DNA of 64,000 bases from Terriglobia bacterium. GTDB lineage: Bacteria > Acidobacteriota > Terriglobia > 20CM-2-55-15. Within the stretch, counting starts at the first letter, position 1, and every line of letters starts with the position of its first letter. The notes under the pieces were generated by a model, which did no database searches, was not told where the DNA came from, and saw only the letters and a list, made by a program, of their open reading frames with translations. Below, in pieces: positions 50,683 through 58,892 of the stretch. The position numbers were made by a program, and so were the translations under genes. The stretch spans positions 480,001 through 544,000 of the forward strand of contig CBDCLE010000002.1 of assembly GCA_965218585.1 (NCBI GenBank). Reading direction: 5' to 3'.

Positions 50683-51165
50683 CTACATCGTCAACGGTAG
50701 ACGTTCGTCCCCGCCGTCTTCACCCACGATAAGCGTACCGTCTTCCTTGTATCGCTTGAGTATGAAGTGGGTGTTCGTCCCCTGGACCGCATCCATTCCA
50801 GACAGTTTGCCGGAGACGAAGTTCGAAATTTCGTAGATGCTCTTGCCAACCACTTGTACAAGAAGATCGTAGTCTCCTGAAACCAGATGCATGGATCGCA
50901 CTTCCGGAAAGCGTGCGATGCGCGCCGCCAGGGCATTGAATCCCACGTCCCGTTGTGGAGTCATCCGGACCTCGATCAGGGCAGCGACAGGGCCCTCCCC
51001 GGCCTTGTCCCAATCCACCTGAGCCTTGTAGGACAGGATCCGGCGATCGTCCTCAGCTTCCTTTATCAGACGGCGGACCTCGTCCACGTCACGTCCCGTC
51101 ATTGTGGCAATACGCTCCGGTGTCGCGCGCGCGTCTTCTTCGAGGATGCGGAGTATGTCTTCCAT
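50683..51165 (-). CDS. Lrp/AsnC family transcriptional regulator
   Basis: IL..LEEDAR HTH, L.SG.YDL, T.THF.LK.YK; GAGGAG RBS before ATG 51165; directly upstream of the aminotransferase. Confidence 0.9.
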   Translation of the reverse strand: MEDILRILEEDARATPERIATMTGRDVDEVRRLIKEAEDDRRILSYKAQVDWDKAGEGPVAALIEVRMTPQRDVGFNALAARIARFPEVRSMHLVSGDYDLLVQVVGKSIYEISNFVSGKLSGMDAVQGTNTHFILKRYKEDGTLIVGEDGGDERLPLTM

Positions 51166-51220
51166 AACTCCTCTAGAGTATCGGTAAGCCCCAGAATGGG
51201 TCAACGACAGAATGGGTGAC

Positions 51221-51276
51221 TGTAGTGCGGTCTATGACGGCAGGCCGTGGGGAATTGTGCGCTCATAGAGCGCACC
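51221..51276. repeat. REP doublet (GTAG-type)
   Basis: GTAGTGCGGTCTATGACGGCA ... GTGCGCTCATAGAGCGCAC. Confidence 0.65.
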
Positions 51277-51361
51277 GAGAAATTTGCGGCCATTAATCCG
51301 CGTTATCTGCGTAACGAGGAGTGCATGATGCGGGGCTTTGACCTGAAGCATCTGGCGGGAT

Positions 51362-52042
51362 CTATTTAAGGATGCAGATCTCGTCGAGCCCTTTCTTTTC
51401 TAAGACAGGCACCTCGGCTCCGTCGGCCGGGTATCCCACCGGCAGCAGGACGAATGGTGTCTCGTTCTTCGGGCGCCCAAGGATTTCCCGCAGAAACCCC
51501 ATCGGGCTTGGTGTGTGCGTCAGCGTTACCAGACCTGCTGTGTGTATTGCCGCCAGCAGCATGCCTGTCGCGATGCCAACCGATTCCACGACGTAATAGT
51601 GTTTCTTCTTAAAAGACAGTTCCTCGGATGTATCGTCCAGTCCGTAGTCGATCCTGAAAACGACAATCAGGTGCGGAACGAGTTCCAAAAACTCTTTATG
51701 CCAGTCCGTTCCGAGCGGAGCCAGGGCTTCGAGCCACTCCTTCGGGAATCGCCTATCGTAGTTTTCGCGCTCTTCTTTCTCGGCAGCCACGCGGATCTGG
51801 TGCTTGATGTCTGGATCCGAGACGACCACGAAACGCCACGGCTGTATGTTCGCCCCCGAAGGCGCTGTTCCTGCAACACGGATGCATTCCTCGACGAGAG
51901 AGAGCGGAACCGGTTCAGGCGAAAAGTCCCGAACGCTCCTCCGCCGACCGAGCGAGTCGTGTAGCTGCTGAATTCTTTCTTCCCCGACTTCAGGAGAAAG
52001 CTTTTCAAACTGAAGCGGCATGAAGGCGTACCTGGATTTCAT
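51362..52042 (-). CDS. Nitroreductase family protein, iodotyrosine deiodinase (halotyrosine dehalogenase)-like
   Basis: RRSVRDFS, TAPSGAN.QPW, AAE.EERENY lid helix, PLGTDW.K, YYV.ESVGIA, LTHTPSP. Confidence 0.82.
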   Translation of the reverse strand: MKSRYAFMPLQFEKLSPEVGEERIQQLHDSLGRRRSVRDFSPEPVPLSLVEECIRVAGTAPSGANIQPWRFVVVSDPDIKHQIRVAAEKEERENYDRRFPKEWLEALAPLGTDWHKEFLELVPHLIVVFRIDYGLDDTSEELSFKKKHYYVVESVGIATGMLLAAIHTAGLVTLTHTPSPMGFLREILGRPKNETPFVLLPVGYPADGAEVPVLEKKGLDEICILK

Positions 52043-52058
52043 CGTGTCCCCTGATTAA

Positions 52059-52116
52059 GGGGAGAGTGAGCAAATTCGGAATGCGCGCTGCTAATTCGAA
52101 TTTGCTCACTGTCCCC
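52059..52116. repeat. GGGGAC...GTCCCC palindromic element
   Basis: 20-bp arms GGGGAGAGTGAGCAAATTCG / CGAATTTGCTCACTGTCCCC with 1 mismatch. Confidence 0.7.
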
Positions 52117-52221
52117 GAATTAAAATGCCATCTTCGAATTCAGAATTGTAAGGGTTCTTGAGGTCAAATCGGGGATTGAGTGGTCTGTCCCGGTATTTGT
52201 CGGTGGTAAGATTCGTGCACG

Positions 52222-53811
52222 ATGGACCGCCCCGCTAGGAACACACATGGAACCCGTTCTCCCGTTTTGGCTACCCACGGCATGGTCGCCACAAGCCAAC
52301 CGCTTGCCTCCACAGCCGCCTTGAACGTTCTCCAGGAAGGCGGGAATGCTGTCGATGCCTCTATTACAGCTGCCGCGGTCTTAAACGTCGTTGAACCAAT
52401 GATGACCGGGATCGGCGGCGACATGTTCGCCCTGGTGTTCATGTCCGAAGATGGCAGGCCTGTTGGACTGAACGGCAGCGGCTGGGCAGGATCCAAAGCA
52501 AACGTCGGAGATCTTGAGAGACGCGGTATCGACCAACTCGAAGGCATTCAAACCGTCACCGTGCCCGGTGCAGTCGCAGGCTGGTTCAAGCTCCATGGTC
52601 GTTACGGGAAGCTTCCGATGTCGCGGCTTCTCGAACCCGCGATCGAATATGCTACGGCCGGTTTTCCCGTATCCGAGATCATCGCCGGCCAGTGGGCTTC
52701 CTCCGAACAGCTCTTGCTTCTCAATGATGATGCCACGCGGACGTATCTGAAGGACGGAGTCGCACCTCGACACGGAGAGATATTCCGTTCTCCTGATCTT
52801 GCCCGAAGCCTTGGCCAGATTTCCGCCGTCGGGCGTGACGCTTTCTACAGGGGCGAGATCGCCTCCCAGATCGTCAGTACGTCGGAGAAACTCGGCGGGT
52901 TTCTCACCCTCGCCGACCTTGAAGAATTTGATGCTGGCTGGGTCGATCCTATTTCGACAACCTATCGGGGGCACGCAGTTTACGAGATGCCCCCCAACAC
53001 GCAGGGCCTGGTTGCGCTCCAGATGCTGAACATCATGGAAGGGTTCGATCTGAAGGCAATGGGGCACAATTCGGCCGACTATCTGCATACGCTGGCCGAA
53101 GCCAAAAAACTGGCCTTTGCCGACCGCGCCCGGTTCATTGCAGACCCCGATCGCTCTCGGGTCCCGACCGACCGCCTGATCTCAAAGGAATATGCGGACG
53201 AACGACGGAAGTTGATCAATACCGAACGTGCGGGGAAAGATCCTCAATCAGGATTGTCCGTGCCGGGAGACACCGTGTATCTGACCGTCGTCGATTCCGA
53301 CCGGAACGTCGTGTCCTTTATTAATAGCCTGTTTGTGTCGTTCGGTTCCGGAGTCGTTGCCGATGGAACGGGAATTTGCCTCCACAGCAGGGGAAGCGGG
53401 TTCTCGCTCGAATCCGGTCATCCCAACGTGATTGCACCGCGGAAGCGCCCCTTTCATACCCTCGTACCCGCACTTGTCTTCCGGGACGGACAACCGTACT
53501 TCTCGTTCGGCGTCATGGGCGGCGACATGCAGGCCCAGGGCCACGCACAGGTCCTGGCCAACCTGATCGATTTCGGTCTGGACCCCCAGCAGGCCGGGGA
53601 AGCGCCTCGCTTTTGTCACGCCGGTCCAGCGTTGGCTGTGGAATCCGGGATCGGCGATGACGTCCGGGACGCGTTGACCCGAATGGGACACCAGGTTGTC
53701 GACGGGTTCGGAATCTTCGGTGGGTTTCAGGGAATTCTCATCGATCCCGAAACAGGAGTTCTCGCCGGGGGATCCGATCCGAGAAAAGACGGTCTCGCAA
53801 TGGGTTGGTGA
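52222..53811 (+). CDS. ggt: Gamma-glutamyltransferase family protein
   Basis: GGNAVDA, GIGGD.F, VPGAV.GW, PPN.QG, autocleavage GDTVY, KRPFHTL.P, MGG.MQ.QG, DPRKDG. Confidence 0.93.
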   Translation: MDRPARNTHGTRSPVLATHGMVATSQPLASTAALNVLQEGGNAVDASITAAAVLNVVEPMMTGIGGDMFALVFMSEDGRPVGLNGSGWAGSKANVGDLERRGIDQLEGIQTVTVPGAVAGWFKLHGRYGKLPMSRLLEPAIEYATAGFPVSEIIAGQWASSEQLLLLNDDATRTYLKDGVAPRHGEIFRSPDLARSLGQISAVGRDAFYRGEIASQIVSTSEKLGGFLTLADLEEFDAGWVDPISTTYRGHAVYEMPPNTQGLVALQMLNIMEGFDLKAMGHNSADYLHTLAEAKKLAFADRARFIADPDRSRVPTDRLISKEYADERRKLINTERAGKDPQSGLSVPGDTVYLTVVDSDRNVVSFINSLFVSFGSGVVADGTGICLHSRGSGFSLESGHPNVIAPRKRPFHTLVPALVFRDGQPYFSFGVMGGDMQAQGHAQVLANLIDFGLDPQQAGEAPRFCHAGPALAVESGIGDDVRDALTRMGHQVVDGFGIFGGFQGILIDPETGVLAGGSDPRKDGLAMGW

Positions 53812-54094
53812 TCGCTGTCTATACGCGCCTGGCGCTACACATTCCGTTCCGACTCATATGTAAAATATTATTATATAAGGGCTTATAGAACAATCGTTAG
53901 TTATTATAGTTTTTTATTGTATTAGCCTAAAGGTCCAGATTCCGCCTTCCGATAAGAACTGTAGCGGGCCGGTAGAGAGTGAGCTAAACGGTACGATGCC
54001 AGCATGGATGCTTGGCATACAAATCACGGAGGATAAAGAGCATGAGTTTTCCGGTGATTATATACTTTACACAGAAATAATGCCGATGCTACAA

Positions 54095-54271
54095 TCATTT
54101 CATGGTTGTAGCATCCGTATTTTTATCAGCACTTTCCGGTTGCTCAATCAGCTTATCCAGCTCACGTTTCACGCGCTTTCCGAAGATTTTCTCAACGATC
54201 TCCACGTCGGTCTTCTCGGTGAGATTCTTCGGGAGTCTTCGCTTTCGCTTTCTCTTGGAGTTTTGAGTCAT
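54095..54271 (-). CDS. Small basic hypothetical protein (58 aa) inside the IS1595 left end
   Basis: MTQNSKRKRKRRLPKNL...IFGKRVKRELDKL; GAGG upstream; shares CATG with the transposase start. Confidence 0.5.
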   Translation of the reverse strand: MTQNSKRKRKRRLPKNLTEKTDVEIVEKIFGKRVKRELDKLIEQPESADKNTDATTMK

Positions 54272-55172
54272 GCCTGACACCGCCTCGTTGAATCTTGTAC
54301 GTTTGATTGATCGCTTTCCGAACGAAGAAAAATGCAGGGAGTTTCTTGAAAACCTGCGGTGGCCGAACAGCGTTGGCTGTCCTCGCTGTGGCGACACATC
54401 GCTTTGTGAGATCGCAAGTCGCGACCAATGGGATTGTCTCTCATGCCGCTACCAGTTCAGCGTGACGGCGGGAACGATCATGCACGATTCCCACCTGCCG
54501 CTGAGGAAGTGGTTTCTGGCGATTTATCTCATTCTCGAAGGCAAGAAGGGGATTTCGGCCAACCAGTTGAAGCGCACCATCGGTGTCTCCTACAAGACAG
54601 CCTGGTATCTCTGTCACCGCATCCGCTCCGCGATGGGACATAGCGAACCGGACGGCCCGACGCTGTTTGGGGTGGTCGAGGTCGATGAAACCCTGGTCGG
54701 CGGCAAGGCCAAAGGCAAGGGGAGCGGCTACAGAGGCAACAAGACTTGGGTGGCCGGCGCGATCCAGCGGGGCGGGAAGGTCCGCCTGGAGCGGGTTCCA
54801 AACATCCGGCGTCACACACTCCATGCTTTCATCCGGCGCAACATCAAGGATGAGGCCGCAGCGATCTATACCGACGAACTGAAGTCTTACCTCGGGATCG
54901 AGGATCACGACACGCGCCATGAGACCGTCAACCACTCCGCTGAGGAATGGGTTGTCGGCGATGTCCACACCAACAGCATTGAGGGCGTGTGGAGCCTGTT
55001 CAAGCGGTCTATCGTCGGATCGTTCCATAAGATCAGTGCGAAACATCTGGACCGTTATCTTGAGGAACTGGAATGGCGCTTCAACAACCGCGACAACCCT
55101 TACATCTTCCGGGATGCCTTGCGTTTGATCGTCAACGCGGACATGCTCCCCTACAAGGATCTGGTGGCCTAG
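54270..55172 (+). CDS. IS1595 family (ISXO2-like) transposase
   Basis: Zn ribbon CPRC..CLSC, EVDET, IYTDE, HTNSIEG.W, YL.E..WRFN.R. Confidence 0.95.
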   Translation: MPDTASLNLVRLIDRFPNEEKCREFLENLRWPNSVGCPRCGDTSLCEIASRDQWDCLSCRYQFSVTAGTIMHDSHLPLRKWFLAIYLILEGKKGISANQLKRTIGVSYKTAWYLCHRIRSAMGHSEPDGPTLFGVVEVDETLVGGKAKGKGSGYRGNKTWVAGAIQRGGKVRLERVPNIRRHTLHAFIRRNIKDEAAAIYTDELKSYLGIEDHDTRHETVNHSAEEWVVGDVHTNSIEGVWSLFKRSIVGSFHKISAKHLDRYLEELEWRFNNRDNPYIFRDALRLIVNADMLPYKDLVA

Positions 55173-55402
55173 TCCAGGTTTCTTTCGAGTTCTTCTTGTC
55201 CGTTCCATGTGAGATTGAGAATCTTCAGATTCTTCCCCGATTTCTGGATTTCCAGATAACCCGCTTGGTGACAAAGATCAATATGGTAAAGAACCTCTAT
55301 CCGGCTGTATTCCTCATAGCGCGGCGCCGGTAGGGGCTTGCCAGTGGCATTCTCCTCTGCGTAACGCAGAATCATGAGAATCAATTTCTTATGGCGTTTC
55401 AA
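55169..55402 (-). CDS. DUF2513-like small winged-helix protein
   Basis: MKR...LI..IL...E, V.YH..L...AG, LTW.G pattern. Confidence 0.7.
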   Translation of the reverse strand: MKRHKKLILMILRYAEENATGKPLPAPRYEEYSRIEVLYHIDLCHQAGYLEIQKSGKNLKILNLTWNGQEELERNLD

Positions 55403-55456
55403 TAGATCACTCCCTCTTTACTTGACACAAACTTCCTTCCTGCCATAGCCTTCTTA

Positions 55457-55580
55457 TTGCCAAAACACGTTGCGTGTACGCCCATCGTCGGGCTGCTCGC
55501 TGAATACAACACCCTTCGGGGAAATAGGTGGGGCTCCGCACTACAACGCGCGGCGTGTTTTGGCAAACTGGCCCGGCGGC
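55457..55580 (+). ncRNA. Putative C4/CI-like structured RNA or leader upstream of the DUF4410 gene
   Basis: 21-bp pairing 55457-77/55546-66 (mismatches all G-U), competing 9-bp stem 55486-94/55570-78, internal GAATACAACACCCTTCGGGGAAATA, and TTGACA at 55422. Confidence 0.5.
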
Positions 55581-55625
55581 CAATGCCGGTCGCCCGCCAA
55601 CCAAAGATATGAGAGGAGACACACT

Positions 55626-56141
55626 ATGAATCACAAGAAGCAGCTTACTTTGGTAGCCCTTGTCCTTCTCGCAACGACAGCGTGTTCTTCGCGGAGAGTG
55701 AGCGTGATCATTCCAGCTACACAGCCGTTGTCGGCTTTCTCCGTCTTGGAGGTTGCAGAGATCGACACCAACGTTCCGGACGTCGAGTTTCAAGTTCCGA
55801 TCAACATGAGGCAAGAGCTCGTCCAGAAGATATCCGAAATAAGAAGGTTTCGATCCGTCACCCAACAGACCGATGAAACCGAGGGGGTATTGCGCTTGGA
55901 GAGCACGATCCTCAGCTATGAGAAGGGTTCTCGGGCGAAGCGGTACCTCATCGGATTTGGAACTGGAAAGAGCTATATGACCATGCGCGGGATCATGATC
56001 AACAAGACCACAGGGGAGAAGGTGTTCGAAGGGGACTTCGAAGGAGAGATTTCTGGCGGCTTCCTTGGTGGAAGCTCCAGATCCACCGAGAACGCCGTGG
56101 TTGATGAAGTCCGGGACTACTTCAGGGAAAGATTTCCCTAG
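55626..56141 (+). CDS. DUF4410-like lipoprotein
   Basis: GAGGAG RBS, lipobox TTAC, Y.KGSRAKRYLIGFG.G motif. Confidence 0.78.
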   Translation: MNHKKQLTLVALVLLATTACSSRRVSVIIPATQPLSAFSVLEVAEIDTNVPDVEFQVPINMRQELVQKISEIRRFRSVTQQTDETEGVLRLESTILSYEKGSRAKRYLIGFGTGKSYMTMRGIMINKTTGEKVFEGDFEGEISGGFLGGSSRSTENAVVDEVRDYFRERFP

Positions 56142-56429
56142 AAATAGCGACCGTGAAACGGGGGAGAGTTTCATTCTTCTCCCCCGTCATGATTCGCCCG
56201 CTCGGTATCGCTGGACGGGGCAATTTTTTCAAATTCATACTTTCTTGCGAATTTGAGATCCCTTCCCATTGATTTAGCAAGAAGGAGGGGGAGCCAAGTT
56301 GTACCACTGTTTTGTATCCAGAACAGGAGATGGCACACCCAATGCGTTGAGCCTATCCCTAAGTCTCAGCATTTTTACCTCTGTCTTAGCTGAGATGTAG
56401 TCTCTCCTTATCGAAACGTCGACGAGCAG

Positions 56430-57794
56430 GAGGTCGTTCCAATCGGTGTGTAAAAAGAGAAGGCGGTGTACGCTTTCGGTGAATCCGAAACCCTAAGCAA
56501 TCCCGGCAGCAACCGGGAGAAAGGTACACCACCCATGAAGAAGAAGAACATACCGGCATCAGTGGCGTCAACGAACGCGTATGAAGGTTTGGAGGACTGG
56601 GCGCGATCCCGGGTCCAAGTCTGGCTACAGGAGCTGCTCGAGGACGAAGTCACTCAATTTCTGGGTCGGGAAAAGTTGGAGCGGAGTCCGAATCGACGAG
56701 GATACCGGAACGGTCACGGGAAACCGCGACGCTTCGCAATGATGAACGGTACGATGGAGGTTCGACGACCTCGGGTTTGAAACACCGCCGAGCGGTTCGA
56801 GAGTCAGATCCTGCCGTATTTTCGACGGAAATCGAAACAGCTGGGCGAGCTACTTCCCGATCTCTACCTCCACGGCCTGGCCACAGGGGACTTCGAGCAG
56901 GCCATGCGCGGACTGCTTGGCGCTGGCGCTCCGTTGTCGCGAGCATCGATCCAACGACTGAAATCGACCTGGCAGTTGGAGTATGACGAGTGGGTCCAGC
57001 AGGACCTGTCCGGCCTCGAGGTCGTGTACCAGTGGGCAGACGGCTTGTACGTGAAAGCGGGGATCGCGAAAGAGCGAGCGGCATTGCTGGTGATCATCGG
57101 AGCCTTGTCAGACGGGCGCAAAGTGCTGTTGGCCTGTGAGAGCGGGCAGCGGGAAAGCAAGGAGTCCTGGAGCCGCATTCTGCGCAATCTCCAGAGACGG
57201 GGCCTGAAGCTGGGACGGCTGACTGTCGCGGACGGTCACCTGGGCATCTGGTCCGCGCTGGCCGAGCAACAGCCCCAGGGCCAGGAACAACGCTGCTGGA
57301 ACCACAAGTCGATCAACGTGGTCGATCATCTGCCGAAGACCGAGCAGCCCGCGGCCAGACAGCTGCTTCATGGGATGGCCTTCGCGAACTCCCGCGCGGC
57401 CTGCGAACGAAAGCGGGATCAGTTCGTCCGCCGATATGAGAAGAACTATCCCAAAGCGGGTGAGACGCTGTTGCGGGACTGGGACCGGATGATTACTTTC
57501 TATGAGTTCCCGAAACAACACTGGGTGCATCTGAGAACAACCAACATCGTCGAATCGCCCTTCGACATGGTTCGCCTCCGCACCAACGCCGCTCGCCGAT
57601 TCAAGCGTGTCGAGAATGCAACGGCAATGATCTGGAAGCTACTACGTGTCGCTGAGAAGGCTTGGCGACACTTAAAAGGATCCGAACTCTTACAAGAGGT
57701 CTATGATGGTCAGCAATTCGCTGACGGCATCAGAGTCGTGATGAAATCGAAGGCCGCCGCCTGATGACTTTTACACACCTTTTGTAATGACCTC
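56430..57794 (+). mobile_element. IS256 family insertion sequence (copy C, 1365 bp)
   Basis: Same IRs as copies A and B; 8-bp TSD ACGAGCAG. Confidence 0.95.
56535..57764 (+). pseudogene. IS256 transposase with nonsense codon
   Basis: CGA in copies A and B is TGA at 56778-56780. Confidence 0.9.
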
Positions 57795-58892
57795 ACGAGC
57801 AGAGCATCAAGAACTTCTTCAATATCCTCATGGAGAACGTAAAATCGTCCACTCGGAAGCATTCTTCTAATCGCGCTCTGCATAGTGACCACGACCCAAC
57901 CTATAGACAATATCGTCACGCTGATAGCAACAATGGGAAGGAAGGCTCCCACGATTGGAATGACCTGCGTCATTTTCGTGGTAGCCCCCTGAAAATCGAC
58001 CAGTAGGCCACATGAGCCACCCAAAGCAGCGACAGCTTTCCAAGGCGAGAGTTCGCTATTCTTCCAGCGCGACATCGGGCCATGCTAACCCCCTGCGTTT
58101 TGTGTGTAAAGTATATAATCACCGAGATTTGGCGGAAGAGCCGCTTTTCTTACAACGCCGAATTTTTCCTATCCTTTGGAAACAGGCTGAACTAGCGATT
58201 TTTCATTAGCGAAAACCAAGACGATAAGGGAGTGACCAGATGGCGAATCAGAACATGCGCCACATCGAGCGGTTCGTCGATTCCGCAAGCCTACTCGATT
58301 CTCCAGCCGCACTGCGCGCGCGCGCCGATGAACAGGGCTACCTCTTTTTCCGTTCCCTCCTCGACAGCGATACCGTGCTCGACCTGCGCCGCCAGATCCT
58401 GGAAATCTCCCTTAAACACGGGTGGCTCGACAAGAGCTCTCCGTTGATGGACGGGGTGTCGCGCGAAGGCCATCTCTGGATCGACACCGCCTCGCGCGAA
58501 TGGATTAATTTCTACCGCGACATTCAGTGCCTGCGTGCGTTTCACTCCCTGGCCCTAGACCCGGCCATTCTCTCCCTTTTCGAAATCCTCTTCGGCGACA
58601 GCGTGCTGCCACACAGCCGCAATATTTTCCGATTCATCTTCCCGAATATGACAAGCGTGGATCGCCCGCACCAGGACAACTTCTACATCGGCGGCAGCGA
58701 AGAGACGTGGACCGCCTGGATTCCGGCTGGCGACTGTCCAGCTACCCAGGGTAGTCTGGCTGTCGCTCCGGGAACGCACAAATTGGGCAAACCCTCGGCG
58801 GTCACCCAAAACCGGCCAATGGTGGTCACCTGAAAACCGGCCAACGATAGAGGCCCGGGACATTGACAGCAGGCGGAGTAATCTCCGTCGGC

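Larger units (their letters stand above)
56274..58075 (-). pseudogene. Hypothetical membrane protein split by IS256 copy C
   Basis: The 58075 ORF (TM helices) rejoins in frame after IS removal: ...VLDALLV-DVSIRRDYISAKTEVKMLRLRDRLNALGVP... Confidence 0.6.
54052..58124 (+). mobile_element. IS1595 family element carrying passenger genes (contains nested IS256 copy C)
   Basis: Perfect 22-bp IR CGGTGATTATATACTTTACACA (54052-73) / TGTGTAAAGTATATAATCACCG (58103-24) bracketing the transposase and cargo; no matching TSD found. Confidence 0.85.

Noticed and set aside
53855-53930. Very AT-rich tract after ggt as an origin or element end
   Set aside because: No iterons, DnaA boxes or partner inverted repeat found; most likely a promoter region or foreign remnant.
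10788-56780. Stop-codon reassignment, or Sec/Pyl readthrough, to explain the in-frame stops
   Set aside because: TAA, TAG and TGA all occur, each is one substitution from the expected codon, and all three serve as normal stops elsewhere in the window.
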